A stretch of 64,000 bases of DNA from Klebsiella phage vB_KaeM_KaOmega: sequence record MN013077.1. One strand, written 5' to 3'. Each line of letters opens with the position of its first letter. The first letter of the stretch is position 1. A program made the position numbers and the translations under genes. This document shows, piece after piece, positions 34,474 through 44,885 of this stretch. Under the pieces are notes generated by a model. That model made no database searches. It was not told where the DNA came from and saw only the letters and a list, made by a program, of their open reading frames with translations.

Positions 34474-36732
34474 TTACAGTTTGCAAGCACCACCGCCGCA
34501 ACCATCATCATCCTGATCGTTGCCGTCTTTGGTCTCTTGGTAGTACAGAGTCTTCAGCCCATGCTTATACGCCCACATGATGTCACGCAGCACGACCTTA
34601 ATCGGCAGCTTACCGCCCGGGAAATCCCAAGGCTTGTAGAAGGTGTTCGCCGACGCAGCTTGGTCGATGAACTTCTGCATGATTGCCACGAGGCCCAAAT
34701 AAGGGAGCGGAGAATCCATGTCCCACTTGTACTCGTAGACCACGCTTGGGTCTTCTACCCCCGGCACCAACACTGGCAGCATCCCTGCGGAGGATTTCTT
34801 GAAGGAAATCGCATCACGAGGAGGCTCGAACCCGTTGGTGGAGTTGGTGATTTGGCTGGAGGTCTCACAAGGCATCATCGTGGACAGCGTAGAGTTACGC
34901 AGGCCATGAAGCGCGATGTCGAGGCGCAGCTTTTCCCAATCCATCTTCAGTTCCGCAGTGTGGAGGGCATCCACTTCTTTCTTGTAACGGTCGATCGGCA
35001 GAATGCCTTGGGAGTACGTGGTCTCATGGAAGAGATCACATTTACCCAGTTCTTTCGCCAGGTCAACCGACGCTTCCAGCAGGTAATACTGGAATGCTTC
35101 AGCCAGTTCGTGAACAGCGTTTGCTGCACGAGGATCGCTGTACTTCAGCCCGCGCTTCGCCAGGTAGTACGCCAAGTTGGTCCAGCCGATACCCAGTGTA
35201 CGGCGCAGTTTAGTCTTCTCCGCAGCCAGTACCGGATAGTTCTGGTAGTCCAGCAGACGATCCAGAGCACGAACCAGTGTACGGACAGGCTCACGCATGT
35301 CTTCCAGGTTCTCAATCTTACCAAGGTTAATGGCAGACAGAGTACACAGGGCCACTTCACCCGGGTCTTTCGGGTCGTTAATGTCATTGATCGGGTGCGT
35401 CGGCAGCGCGATCTCCATGCACAGGTTGGACTGTTTCACCGGGGCCTGTTTAGGGTCAAACGGGCTGTTGGTGTTGCAGTGGTCAACGTGCTGAACATAA
35501 ATACGACCAGTTTGTGAACGCTCCTGCCCAAAGACAGAGAATGCGTCCGCCGCAGAGATAGACTTCTTCGCCACGGAAGGATCTGCTTCCAGTTCCTCGT
35601 AAAGCTGTTGGAATTTCTCCTGGTCAGAGAAGAAATACTCATACAGCTTACCACCTGCCACGTTAGGATGGAACAACGTGATGTTTTTGCCATGCTGAAG
35701 ACGAGTGTACAGCAGCTTGTTGATCTGGAGGCCATAATCCACATGGCGAGCACGGGTGCTCTCGGTGCCACGGTTGTTCTTCAGAACGATCAGGCTCTCA
35801 AAATCCCAGTGCCACATCGGGTAGAAATAGTTAGCCGATGCCTTACGGACGCCGCCCTGAGAGGTCCACCCAAGAGACTCTTGGTACATACGGACAATCG
35901 GCACGGTGCCTGCGTGTTTAACCTCACCACCACGGATGGCTGCATCCTGACCACGAATCATACCGAAGTTCAGGCCGATCCCTGCACGTTGCGCCGCATA
36001 CTTACCTTGTGCGGTGTTGGCATTAAAGATCTGGTTGATGTCGTCACCAGACTCGATCAGTACGCAAGAGCTAAACTGACGGGTCGGGGTACGAACACCT
36101 GCCATGATCGGGGTCGGTAAGGACACCTTCATCAGGGACACGTTCTCGTACAGATCAACAATTCGATCCAGACGGGTCTTTTTATCTTCCTTAGACAAGA
36201 GACCCATAGCGATCAACATCAGCGCCATCTGAGGAGATTCGTAAATCTCCCCGGTAACACGGTTCTTGACCAGATACTTGTCTTCGTACTGGCGCATGGC
36301 GGCATAGGTGTAATCGAAGTCGCGGTCGTGAACGATCTTATCATTCAGGAAAGCAATCTCATCACGGGCGTAATCGTCCAGCAGGTGACGATCGTACTTG
36401 CCGTTGCCCACGTTCAGATAAATCTGATGGAACAGGTCGAACGGCTGGAAATCACCATATGCCTCTTTACGGATCTTGAACAGCAGCAGTCGTGCAGCAG
36501 CGTACTGATAATCCGGGTTCTGAACACTAATCAGGTCGGATGCCGCCTTAATCAGGGTTTCGTGAATGGCCTTTGTTGTTACGCCATCGAACATTTGGAT
36601 CTGGGCTTTCATAAGGATCTCTGATGCACAAACATCGAGACCCTCACATGCCCACTCTACCACACGGTTAGCCTTCTCGGCATCGAACTTCTCTGTCGAA
36701 CCGGAATTTTTTACAACATTAATGCTGGTCAA
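34474..36732 (-). CDS. nrdA: ribonucleoside-diphosphate reductase alpha subunit (class Ia)
   Basis: 752 aa with ATP-cone and catalytic motifs (C..NLC, GxGxxG) typical of NrdA. Confidence 0.9.
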   Translation of the reverse strand: MTSINVVKNSGSTEKFDAEKANRVVEWACEGLDVCASEILMKAQIQMFDGVTTKAIHETLIKAASDLISVQNPDYQYAAARLLLFKIRKEAYGDFQPFDLFHQIYLNVGNGKYDRHLLDDYARDEIAFLNDKIVHDRDFDYTYAAMRQYEDKYLVKNRVTGEIYESPQMALMLIAMGLLSKEDKKTRLDRIVDLYENVSLMKVSLPTPIMAGVRTPTRQFSSCVLIESGDDINQIFNANTAQGKYAAQRAGIGLNFGMIRGQDAAIRGGEVKHAGTVPIVRMYQESLGWTSQGGVRKASANYFYPMWHWDFESLIVLKNNRGTESTRARHVDYGLQINKLLYTRLQHGKNITLFHPNVAGGKLYEYFFSDQEKFQQLYEELEADPSVAKKSISAADAFSVFGQERSQTGRIYVQHVDHCNTNSPFDPKQAPVKQSNLCMEIALPTHPINDINDPKDPGEVALCTLSAINLGKIENLEDMREPVRTLVRALDRLLDYQNYPVLAAEKTKLRRTLGIGWTNLAYYLAKRGLKYSDPRAANAVHELAEAFQYYLLEASVDLAKELGKCDLFHETTYSQGILPIDRYKKEVDALHTAELKMDWEKLRLDIALHGLRNSTLSTMMPCETSSQITNSTNGFEPPRDAISFKKSSAGMLPVLVPGVEDPSVVYEYKWDMDSPLPYLGLVAIMQKFIDQAASANTFYKPWDFPGGKLPIKVVLRDIMWAYKHGLKTLYYQETKDGNDQDDDGCGGGACKL

Positions 36733-36750
36733 GCGGATCTCCTTATTGAA

Positions 36751-36981
36751 TTACTTAGCTTCAGGCTTTTTGACTTCGTACTGCTCAACATCTTCCTCGG
36801 AAGCCGCACCGAGGCGGATTGTTTTACCGGAGTACGGGTCGTGGTACGTGTCGTCGTAACCCATCGACTCATCACACAGGTCGTTGAACTGCAACCAGCC
36901 AATATACTCGGCTTTGCTTTGGAAGCCACGTTTGAACCACTTAGTCTGCTCATCCGGAACAGCATTGTTTTTCTTCGCCAT
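36751..36981 (-). CDS. hypothetical protein (76 aa)
   Basis: ORF track. Confidence 0.55.
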   Translation of the reverse strand: MAKKNNAVPDEQTKWFKRGFQSKAEYIGWLQFNDLCDESMGYDDTYHDPYSGKTIRLGAASEEDVEQYEVKKPEAK

Positions 36982-36983
36982 GA

Positions 36984-37478
36984 TTATGCTCCTTTCACCA
37001 GGTTGAAAATGTCATCCATGTCATCGAACTCTGGCAAGTCCATGACGATCACGTCGCTACGATCCTCGCGTTTGGTGTACTTGCGAGTGTTGACCTTTTC
37101 CACAGACGGAATGTCGAACGACAAGGAGTTCACCAGTGCAGCACCAACGGCACTGTTCACGTCGAGGACATCTACTTTATCATAAATTCCCACGAACGGG
37201 AAGTCACGTTCATCACGCAGACGACCTGAGAAAATGGTTGTCGTGCGGAACATGTAAGGCTTATCAGCACATCGGACATTTACGCCGTCCATGCGGTCAA
37301 TCTTGCATGGGACGTACAGACCAGTCTCTTCATTCAGGACAGAGACCTCAAATCCGATCAGGTGCAACACTTGGCGAAGAGTTTCCTTTTTCTTCATGTC
37401 CTTTCCAAGAAACTTTGCACACTCGACGATGAAATCCAGAGTCACAGAGCCATATTTAATATTTTTACCGAAAGCCAT
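36984..37478 (-). CDS. hypothetical protein (164 aa)
   Basis: ORF track 36984..37499; ATG at 37478 with GGAGATG RBS-like sequence. Confidence 0.55.
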   Translation of the reverse strand: MAFGKNIKYGSVTLDFIVECAKFLGKDMKKKETLRQVLHLIGFEVSVLNEETGLYVPCKIDRMDGVNVRCADKPYMFRTTTIFSGRLRDERDFPFVGIYDKVDVLDVNSAVGAALVNSLSFDIPSVEKVNTRKYTKREDRSDVIVMDLPEFDDMDDIFNLVKGA

Positions 37479-37511
37479 TCTACATCTCCTCGTACACAAA
37501 TTCCGGGGCCA

Positions 37512-37541
37512 ATGCCCCGGTCATAACAGAATAGGGTAAGG
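37512..37541 (-). promoter_or_regulatory. minus-strand promoter TTGACA-N17-TATTCT next to the hairpin CCGGGGCATTGGCCCCGG
   Basis: seen in sequence. Confidence 0.4.
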
Positions 37542-37559
37542 TTACTTCTTTGTCAAACT

Positions 37560-38582
37560 TTATTTTGCAACATGGCCCGGAATTAACTGACGGTGCTGGA
37601 TGAACCCCTTGAAGTTACCCGACCAGAAGTTACCGTCACGATCAACATGAGTGATCCCCTCTTCCCATGTCTCAACACACCAGAATACGTTTACTTGCTG
37701 CTGTCCATACTCGACGTCATCCCAAGTCTCTTCGATCTCTCGCGCCTGATGTTCGAAAGGAGAAGCATGGACCTTCTTCCCAGCAACCAGTCGGGTGTAG
37801 ATGTCCAGAGCCTTGTCCTTGGTGCTATCCAGGCGGCGGTAGCTCACCTGACCACAACAAGAGGCAGAAATACGTAGCGCTTCTTCTTCGGTCAGCATTA
37901 CCGGGCGATCATTCTCGTCCAGAACGCAGTAACCTTCGAAGATATAGGCGTCACCCTCTGGACCGAAGCCGTACACGTGGTCAACATACGGTGTGTGCCA
38001 TACACCCGCAGGAAGCAACTCCGGCTCAGAGTTCTCCAGTGCCTCCTTCATGAGGTTAGCCAGAACCTCGATCGTTGGGTCGGCGTCAGCATCGACACGA
38101 AGCCACAGGAAGTTTTCCATTTCCGTTGTGGTCATGACCGTCTTCATCATCTGGAACGGTTCGATCAGGCGATTAGCGATCTGTTTGTGATACCCCGCCT
38201 TATCCATCGCCAGTGCCACACGACCCATGACGGTTGCGGCATATTGCCAAGCCTCTCTTCCAAGTACCGGACCTGGAGCCTTAAACTCCTCTGGCATGAT
38301 AACACGACCATCATGCTCAAAACCTTTGTCCTGCATACCTGACTGATTGGCACCGAAACGAACTGGCATCGCCAAGTTGTTCTGCATCAATTCAACCATC
38401 TTTTTGATCGGCACGGCGCGGGATGACATCGCGTTGCGGCTGAACAGTCGGTGAGTCATAAACTCACTGTGGATGATACGGGGGTACGTCAGTTCAAACG
38501 TCGTGATACGCCCGCCACGCTGACCCACCGAATCCGCAATGATCTGAACTTCGATGTTTCCCTTGCTAAATACCTGACCCAT
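37560..38582 (-). CDS. thyX: flavin-dependent thymidylate synthase
   Basis: ThyX signature region ...THRLFSRNAMSSRA (RHR-x7-S-like); 340 aa. Confidence 0.8.
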   Translation of the reverse strand: MGQVFSKGNIEVQIIADSVGQRGGRITTFELTYPRIIHSEFMTHRLFSRNAMSSRAVPIKKMVELMQNNLAMPVRFGANQSGMQDKGFEHDGRVIMPEEFKAPGPVLGREAWQYAATVMGRVALAMDKAGYHKQIANRLIEPFQMMKTVMTTTEMENFLWLRVDADADPTIEVLANLMKEALENSEPELLPAGVWHTPYVDHVYGFGPEGDAYIFEGYCVLDENDRPVMLTEEEALRISASCCGQVSYRRLDSTKDKALDIYTRLVAGKKVHASPFEHQAREIEETWDDVEYGQQQVNVFWCVETWEEGITHVDRDGNFWSGNFKGFIQHRQLIPGHVAK

Positions 38583-38597
38583 TAAAATCTCCTCTAA

Positions 38598-38780
38598 TTA
38601 CTTCAACTTACGCAATCGGTAAGGACCAACAATATTGTGCCGGACAGCAAGGTAGATGTCAAACATCTCCTTACACATGTCCTGAGTTACCCGGAAAGAG
38701 GTGAGGAGGTCTCCCTCCTCAGACCTCACCTCAACATGCTCGTCATAGCGAACGATGTATCGACCTTTTCCGCACCGCAT
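38598..38780 (-). CDS. hypothetical small protein (60 aa)
   Basis: ORF track 38598..38819; ATG at 38780 is TAATG-coupled. Confidence 0.45.
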   Translation of the reverse strand: MRCGKGRYIVRYDEHVEVRSEEGDLLTSFRVTQDMCKEMFDIYLAVRHNIVGPYRLRKLK

Positions 38781-39391
38781 TACAGGGTTTCCAGCAGCCA
38801 CTCGGCAATCACGTTCCAATCACTGGATACTAAATCGTATTGGGTACGAGGGGCCTCTTCCTGAGTGAACGGGGTGTCAAATTTTACCTTGATCACCTCG
38901 TCCGGGAACTGGTTCAGGAACTGGTGACGATCGTCGATGATTACGCCACCAGCCACGCCTGCTTTTACTTTTGTCGCATAAAACCCGCTGCCGTCAGAAC
39001 CACCGTCCAGATCCAAAAATGGGCACTGGCGCTTCAGGAAGCGTACTTTGCTGCTGAAGTGGCCCTTCTTGCAGTAAGATACGAACCTAATCGGGTGACC
39101 TGCCTCATGGAGGCGACGGACGGCATCAACTGCCCCCGGCAAAGGCTTCAATTTGTCGTAAAGATGCGGATCTTCCCAGAACTCATAAGGTTCAATGGCT
39201 TCCTTGCAGCGATTAGGGAAATACTTGGACAGGTTGTAATTATACAATCCATTCTCGTAACGATCGCGCTGCATAGCGTCGCTATCTGGGTCACACTGAT
39301 ACACATCCGTCATCCAGTCAAGCCAAGGCCAGCCGGAATCGACAAAGGTCAGGTCCACATCGATCAGGATCGGGGTCTTAGTGAATGACAT
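38780..39391 (-). CDS. HAD-superfamily 5'(3')-deoxyribonucleotidase-like protein
   Basis: DVDLT motif I and NT5C-like sequence; ATG at 39391. Confidence 0.65.
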   Translation of the reverse strand: MSFTKTPILIDVDLTFVDSGWPWLDWMTDVYQCDPDSDAMQRDRYENGLYNYNLSKYFPNRCKEAIEPYEFWEDPHLYDKLKPLPGAVDAVRRLHEAGHPIRFVSYCKKGHFSSKVRFLKRQCPFLDLDGGSDGSGFYATKVKAGVAGGVIIDDRHQFLNQFPDEVIKVKFDTPFTQEEAPRTQYDLVSSDWNVIAEWLLETL

Positions 39392-40037
39392 ACAGGTCGC
39401 TCCCTTTACAGTCTTGCACAAACTCACAAATCTTACGGACCGTTCCGTTAAGATCGCCTTCTTCGTTCAGAATATCAGTCTCGTACATCCGGAGATGTTC
39501 AGGAAACTCTTTCGCATAGATATATCGGCGAGAATCCCCATCGAAGTTGTACTCCGTACCATCTTTCTTGAGTCGGTGGATTCGGACAAGGAAATAATTG
39601 TCCGGGCCGACCACATTCACAACCGGAATGGATTCCTCCAGAAACCCTCCGTCGCTAACCACAACTACCAGTTGCACACCTGCCGGGGTTTCATCCTTCA
39701 GCTTTTGCAACTTGGCAGCGAAAGCCTTGCCAAACACATCGTTTCCGAAGGTTGGCTTCATGATATTCTCGGAGCAGTGGATCATCCAGTCACGAGGACT
39801 GACGTTCACGCCGTTGACCTGGAGATATGGGCACGGCTTCTCTTTGTACTCACGCTCGTAAAGAGCGAACCACAGCTTCCGGCTCAGGCCCGATGCCCGG
39901 ATGGCGATATCGAACAGAAGCTCCTTGAACTCCATGTGGACGACCTCAAACCCCGGCGTATTGATGTAACTGTGGAGACCTTCGCACAATGCATCTTTGC
40001 CAGCGCCCGCCGGGGCGTTCAAATTAATCAGGATCAT
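39378..40037 (-). CDS. deoxynucleoside monophosphate kinase-like P-loop protein
   Basis: LNAPAGAGKD P-loop resembling T4 gp1-type dNMP kinases. Confidence 0.6.
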   Translation of the reverse strand: MILINLNAPAGAGKDALCEGLHSYINTPGFEVVHMEFKELLFDIAIRASGLSRKLWFALYEREYKEKPCPYLQVNGVNVSPRDWMIHCSENIMKPTFGNDVFGKAFAAKLQKLKDETPAGVQLVVVVSDGGFLEESIPVVNVVGPDNYFLVRIHRLKKDGTEYNFDGDSRRYIYAKEFPEHLRMYETDILNEEGDLNGTVRKICEFVQDCKGSDLYVIH

Positions 40038-40342
40038 TAGTTCTCAAACTCCTCTCTGTACCAAGATGGCTTTTTAGCCAAATAACCATTAATCCGCTCA
40101 AGTTCATCAAGGACCGCACGGGCCTTACCTTCACTGGTGAATTTTCGGATTGTTTTCCAACCCTTCCTGTGAAGAGGACTACCAACATAAGGTTCACTTT
40201 CCACATACCGGAACTCCTGAACCTTATACTTAAAGAAGTAGGAAGTTGGGTCATAGAAGACACGATACTTGAACTGGTCCCCATTTTCCCTGTGCGCCTG
40301 CTTCTTGTCAAGCGCAGCTTTCATCTCTGCCGTAATAAACAT
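40037..40342 (-). CDS. hypothetical protein (101 aa)
   Basis: ORF track. Confidence 0.55.
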   Translation of the reverse strand: MFITAEMKAALDKKQAHRENGDQFKYRVFYDPTSYFFKYKVQEFRYVESEPYVGSPLHRKGWKTIRKFTSEGKARAVLDELERINGYLAKKPSWYREEFEN

Positions 40343-40359
40343 GATCGTTTCTCCCTTTC

Positions 40360-40390
40360 CAAAAATAAAACCGCCCCGAAGGGCGGCTTT
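40360..40390 (-). terminator. minus-strand terminator CCGCCCCGAAGGGCGG with a T tract on the minus strand
   Basis: seen in sequence. Confidence 0.6.
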
Positions 40391-40392
40391 GA

Positions 40393-41475
40393 TTACAGAA
40401 TGTTCGCCAGCGTTTTCTTCATCGCTGCCTTCTCACGAACGTTCTGTCGGTCACGGGCACAAGACCCGCATTCCTGACAACGGTACACCTTAAATTTGGA
40501 CAGGAAGGTGTGGGCAGATTTGCCTTTTTCTTCCACCAAATCGTCGGAACCGCAGCGTACACATCGCATCACAGACTGATCCGGGTGGAACAGGGCAATG
40601 TTGGGGTGCTTACGCATAAACGGACGAACGGTCAGGTACAGTTCTTCCAGTGTCGGGATATCCCCGATGTTGTACTCTTCCATTTCGTCGAATGCCGTAG
40701 GATCACCTTCCACACAGCGACGCCACAGACCGAATCCTTCGTGAGACAACTTACGGCTGTCCAGTTCGAAGTAGTTACACGCCGCTTCCAGTGCATTGGA
40801 AGGCAGAGAAAACGACTCCTTCAGTGCCGCCAGTGTGTCGATCGTGATGTATGGGCTTGGTGGTTGCATACCGTAATATGCGAAACGCTGGTTGGCCCAA
40901 CCACGGTCGAAACGGGCGTTGTGTGCAATGAAGATATCACACTCGTCAAGGACTTGCCAGAGATCCTGAATCAGTTTTTTATCTGATTGATGATCTCGTG
41001 CAAACTCTTCCGGGTAGTCGGTCAGTTTACGACTGAAGATGGACGGGTTGTGCAGCCACTTCCCGGCGAACGTCAGCATGTACGGCTCTTGAATAACCTG
41101 CTTCGGCGCGATGAATTGCTTGAAGCGACCAAACGAATAGGCGATGCTCGGAGAGGTCTCGACATCACCAAGAAACACTTTGGCACCCGGGTTATTTTCC
41201 TTCACCTTTTCAATGAAGGTCTTTTGGATCTCAGCGACAGTCTTGCCGCTATTGACCTGTTGCTGCATGAAATCCGCATACTCGTCCGGAGTTGGGATGC
41301 TGTCGATCAGTTCCTGAACAGTGTCCAGATTACGTGCTTCCAGTTCACGCTTCAGCATGTTGCGTACAGTTGACTCTTGAGATTCCTTGCCCAGTTGACG
41401 GGCCACCTCACGTTGGGACAACCCACCCTTCATCAGAGCCATAACCTGTTCAACAGTAAAAGTCACATTAGCCAA
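40393..41475 (-). CDS. DEDDh 3'-5' exonuclease (DnaQ/RNase T-like) with N-terminal HTH domain
   Basis: IAHNARFDRGW exo III motif; N-terminal HTH-like segment LSQREVARQLG. Confidence 0.7.
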   Translation of the reverse strand: MANVTFTVEQVMALMKGGLSQREVARQLGKESQESTVRNMLKRELEARNLDTVQELIDSIPTPDEYADFMQQQVNSGKTVAEIQKTFIEKVKENNPGAKVFLGDVETSPSIAYSFGRFKQFIAPKQVIQEPYMLTFAGKWLHNPSIFSRKLTDYPEEFARDHQSDKKLIQDLWQVLDECDIFIAHNARFDRGWANQRFAYYGMQPPSPYITIDTLAALKESFSLPSNALEAACNYFELDSRKLSHEGFGLWRRCVEGDPTAFDEMEEYNIGDIPTLEELYLTVRPFMRKHPNIALFHPDQSVMRCVRCGSDDLVEEKGKSAHTFLSKFKVYRCQECGSCARDRQNVREKAAMKKTLANIL

Positions 41476-41489
41476 AATTAATCTCCCGA

Positions 41490-41723
41490 TTACTTACAAA
41501 ATTCGATAATGTCTACCACGGCGAAGTCACGAACATCGTCTTTATCGACATCGTGCGCCTTGATGAACCACTGAGCGCCTTTATGGTACTCACTTTCCCC
41601 GTACCAGAACATTGGGGCACCCTTGATGGTTCGATAACCGCATTCACCTCTCCAGTTACGGTAGAAGAACCGAATGTTCGGGGCATCCAACCCCGCATAC
41701 AGACTTCGATCGATCTTACTCAT
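41490..41723 (-). CDS. hypothetical protein (77 aa)
   Basis: ORF track 41490..41753; ATG at 41723. Confidence 0.5.
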   Translation of the reverse strand: MSKIDRSLYAGLDAPNIRFFYRNWRGECGYRTIKGAPMFWYGESEYHKGAQWFIKAHDVDKDDVRDFAVVDIIEFCK

Positions 41724-42285
41724 AAAGATAGTCTTCCTCCAATTTCCGGACAAACTCAGTGACGTAGATGGTGATCATTACGCCCTTGTCCAGGTTCTCG
41801 TCAATAACGATACCGAAGTTCAGGTAGGCGTTACGGGCGATAGTTTCCTTTGTCCACCTCTTGAGTGACTTCTTCAAGTCGGCGACAATCTCTCCGTGGA
41901 ACTTATGGTGGAGATAGTCCCTTTCAAGATAGTCTGCCAGTCTACGCAGAGTTTCACTCATTGTCAACCCTGTTTTTCCTTCCATGTGCTTAGACCACAA
42001 CTTCTGGACTCCGCCCTCGAAAAGATTAAGAGTTGACCCAATGACCCCACGGCATTTTCCGTCGTAATGGTCATGGTCCAAACATGGGTCTGTCATCGGC
42101 TCCCGCAGGATAGCACAAAGGCCACCCTGCTCCAAAAGGAGTTGATCCCTATAGGCCGCAATACTCTTCGACCCAGACACCCACTTATCCTTGCTCAAAG
42201 GTACACGAATCGGCGTTGTAGCCTTCACTTTAGCAGTGAAGCTGGGCTTCCTCGATCGCCTTCTTCTCCCTGTCCGTATTGCCAC
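41716..42285 (-). CDS. recombination endonuclease VII-family protein
   Basis: C..C...DPCLDHDHYDGKCRG matches the T4 gp49-type zinc/HNH-like motif. Confidence 0.75.
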   Translation of the reverse strand: MAIRTGRRRRSRKPSFTAKVKATTPIRVPLSKDKWVSGSKSIAAYRDQLLLEQGGLCAILREPMTDPCLDHDHYDGKCRGVIGSTLNLFEGGVQKLWSKHMEGKTGLTMSETLRRLADYLERDYLHHKFHGEIVADLKKSLKRWTKETIARNAYLNFGIVIDENLDKGVMITIYVTEFVRKLEEDYLYE

Positions 42286-42889
42286 TAATACCCTCCATCG
42301 TCAGAGCGAAAAGGAACTCCTCCCGGGTCGGGTTTTTGAAGTCCTCAAAATATCCCAGCATGGTCCGGCGGAACAGAGTAACAGGAAAGTCAAACTTATC
42401 CGACAGTGATCCGACATTTGTACCGACGCCTGTACTGGTCAGGGCAATATCTGAACCCAGCCCGTTCCTTATCCTCTCGTCGTTTTGCGTTAAGAGGAAC
42501 ATAGCCATGCCCGGTATGTAATCTGACCTTTTGCAACGAGACATCACCTCTGCCAAGTTTTCAGGATACTCCATCCTCTCAAAACCTCGCCCGGTGACGA
42601 GGACCTCATCATAAACGAGGCCCCTTGTCTTTTCTGCCCAAGACCACTGATTAGTGCAGTAAAAGTTGATCAGAAAATCAACATTCAGAACCTTGTCACG
42701 AACAATGATCTCGTCGAAGTGTTTCCTGTCTACAGACTCGTATGTTTTATCGCGGGAAAGGGTCCCCTGCAAAGAAAACCTCCAGTCCTGCTTGTCACTC
42801 CGGTCGTAACACAGGATGACCTTACGTGTTGCGTTCTTTAAGATCGAATCCCAGTCTCTCTCCGTTTCTTTCAAGGAAACACCCTCCAA
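42230..42889 (-). CDS. hypothetical protein (219 aa)
   Basis: ORF track. Confidence 0.5.
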   Translation of the reverse strand: MEGVSLKETERDWDSILKNATRKVILCYDRSDKQDWRFSLQGTLSRDKTYESVDRKHFDEIIVRDKVLNVDFLINFYCTNQWSWAEKTRGLVYDEVLVTGRGFERMEYPENLAEVMSRCKRSDYIPGMAMFLLTQNDERIRNGLGSDIALTSTGVGTNVGSLSDKFDFPVTLFRRTMLGYFEDFKNPTREEFLFALTMEGISGNTDREKKAIEEAQLHC

Positions 42890-43460
42890 TCAGGATGGCG
42901 TCGGCGAGGTCGGTAGCCCCGCCATTCTTTCCAGACTTGTTATAGCCCTTCAGGAATCCCGGATGCAGGATCTCGCAAACACGCATCATTTCGTTTTTGC
43001 CCATCTTCACCTTGACCATCTTCGTCCCGGCATCGTTCATGGTTTCCTGTTCTTCACCCGGTAACCACTTACGCGCCCAAGACTTAACCGATGTTGGTGC
43101 GATGACATGAATTTGGTCCATAGTATACCCATCCCGCAGGAGAGTCAACTGGATAGCATAAAACAATCCAGCCAAGTCTCGTGTGGCATCACCAACGGAA
43201 CCCAAACTCAACGACTCAAGAACGATATGATCCACATCGAAAGAATCGCAAACCCCCGCAATCTGCCCGGTGATGTATGCGATCTGCTCCGCCGTATGCT
43301 CGAAGTACATGCACCAACCTTTGGAGTCTTTGGCCTTCTTCTCCGAACCAGTGGTGTGGAGGACCTCCTTAAAGATCGGCACCCCGTCCTCCAGAACCAC
43401 GTAGGCACAGGAGGACAAACTCTGGTCAATCGTCAATAAGCGCATCATCATCCCCAGCAA
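42822..43460 (-). CDS. RuvC-like Holliday junction resolvase
   Basis: LLTIDQSLSSCAYVVL...TDLADAILIG resembles RuvC/A22 resolvase catalytic motifs. Confidence 0.65.
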   Translation of the reverse strand: MLGMMMRLLTIDQSLSSCAYVVLEDGVPIFKEVLHTTGSEKKAKDSKGWCMYFEHTAEQIAYITGQIAGVCDSFDVDHIVLESLSLGSVGDATRDLAGLFYAIQLTLLRDGYTMDQIHVIAPTSVKSWARKWLPGEEQETMNDAGTKMVKVKMGKNEMMRVCEILHPGFLKGYNKSGKNGGATDLADAILIGGCFLERNGERLGFDLKERNT

Positions 43461-43761
43461 TAAAATGGTACTGATCCATCAGAAATACGTAGTTCAGGAC
43501 TACCTTTTTCACTTCGTCGTAAACGGTGAACATGGCATAGCGATCTCCCGGGTACGGAACTCCGACCGGGTAAACCTCACACAGGCTATTCACCCGCTTA
43601 TCGAACCATTGAATACGCCAAGGCTCTTCCAACATCGTCCACGGTTCTTCGATGAGATAAAAAGTTTTTGAAGCTCCGGGCACTGCTGCCGCCCGGATCT
43701 CGTCTGCCTTTATCATCTCTTCGACGCGAACATCCAAACCGCCAGCGCCGTTTTGAATCAT
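43426..43761 (-). CDS. hypothetical protein (111 aa)
   Basis: ORF track; ATGA overlap. Confidence 0.55.
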   Translation of the reverse strand: MIQNGAGGLDVRVEEMIKADEIRAAAVPGASKTFYLIEEPWTMLEEPWRIQWFDKRVNSLCEVYPVGVPYPGDRYAMFTVYDEVKKVVLNYVFLMDQYHFIAGDDDALIDD

Positions 43762-44879
43762 TACACAACCCCCACTTTACGGAGAACATGACCCAGTGTG
43801 GTTTTATCATCCGGGGTGCGCTTCATATACACCGCCTGGAAGATAACCGATGCCCACTGCCCGGCGCTGAACTTTCGATCCACGCCCATGTGGTCAGTGA
43901 ACTCCACCCCATCAGGGAACCACTCCTTATACTGATTGACGATCGCCCCCCACATGGCCTTCTCATCCTGGCAGGGAGAGATGACCTGGAAAGCAGATGT
44001 TTCACCAAACTTGATCTTGTCGAAGTTCTGGTACGGCTTAACGTTATCCGACTGGTCACCGAACAACATCTGGTAACCAAAGAATTTCTGGCCCCAGCCT
44101 TTTACCTTACCTTTCTCCATCCAGATCTCACCCATAGACTCATCAATAAGCCACGGAAGCGGATGCTTCCAGTCTCGCTCTGTAGAGTCCCGCATGGTGT
44201 TAAAGATAAGCCCCGGGCACTGAACCTGATCTTTGTCGAATGATGCCACGATGTAGTTGAATTTGCCAGTCTTTTTGTAATGCAACCAGCCTTCATACTG
44301 CTTCATGGTTAAATAATCATCAGCCTCGATCCCGTCGATAACGATCGCCCCGTACTTACGCTGGACGTATTCTCGGGTGTCTGCCAAGAGCACCGGGCGG
44401 ACAGTATCCTCACGATTACCCTTGTAGATCTCCGGCGTAGGCAGTGCCAATCGGAAGTTCCCACTGCCGCCGAGAACCCCAAGACCATTGGTCGTGCCCA
44501 TGTGCTCAAGGATCGCATTGATCTTGATCTTCAGTAAGTGGAGGCAGTTTTCAACGGGTTCCGGGTACTGCTTATCCGTAATCGTGAAATCATCACGGGT
44601 CCAAGGAGTGAACTCCCGGCCCGCTGCCGCCATCTTTGCTTCCATGTTGGTGTTCTGATCCTTCAGCCACCCGCCGACCACTGTTTTCTGTCGGCCCCAG
44701 AACTCTGTTTTGTTCTTGAACTCCATCTGGCGACCAGATTTGTTGTGGGTTGCGATAATGGTCCGCTTCTCTGCGCCCGCCGCCGCAACATAACACGTCT
44801 GATCCAAATCAAGAACAATAGTAACATCATCCGTAACAATATCCTTCAGGTTTTCTACAACAGGATAACCCATTACCAA
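43761..44879 (-). CDS. FEN-family 5'-3' exonuclease / flap endonuclease (T4 RNase H / T5 D15-like)
   Basis: N-terminal IVLDLDQT and DGIEADDY acidic clusters plus H3TH-like GDQSDNVKPYQNFDKIKFGETSA. Confidence 0.65.
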   Translation of the reverse strand: MVMGYPVVENLKDIVTDDVTIVLDLDQTCYVAAAGAEKRTIIATHNKSGRQMEFKNKTEFWGRQKTVVGGWLKDQNTNMEAKMAAAGREFTPWTRDDFTITDKQYPEPVENCLHLLKIKINAILEHMGTTNGLGVLGGSGNFRLALPTPEIYKGNREDTVRPVLLADTREYVQRKYGAIVIDGIEADDYLTMKQYEGWLHYKKTGKFNYIVASFDKDQVQCPGLIFNTMRDSTERDWKHPLPWLIDESMGEIWMEKGKVKGWGQKFFGYQMLFGDQSDNVKPYQNFDKIKFGETSAFQVISPCQDEKAMWGAIVNQYKEWFPDGVEFTDHMGVDRKFSAGQWASVIFQAVYMKRTPDDKTTLGHVLRKVGVV

Positions 44880-44885
44880 CTCCTC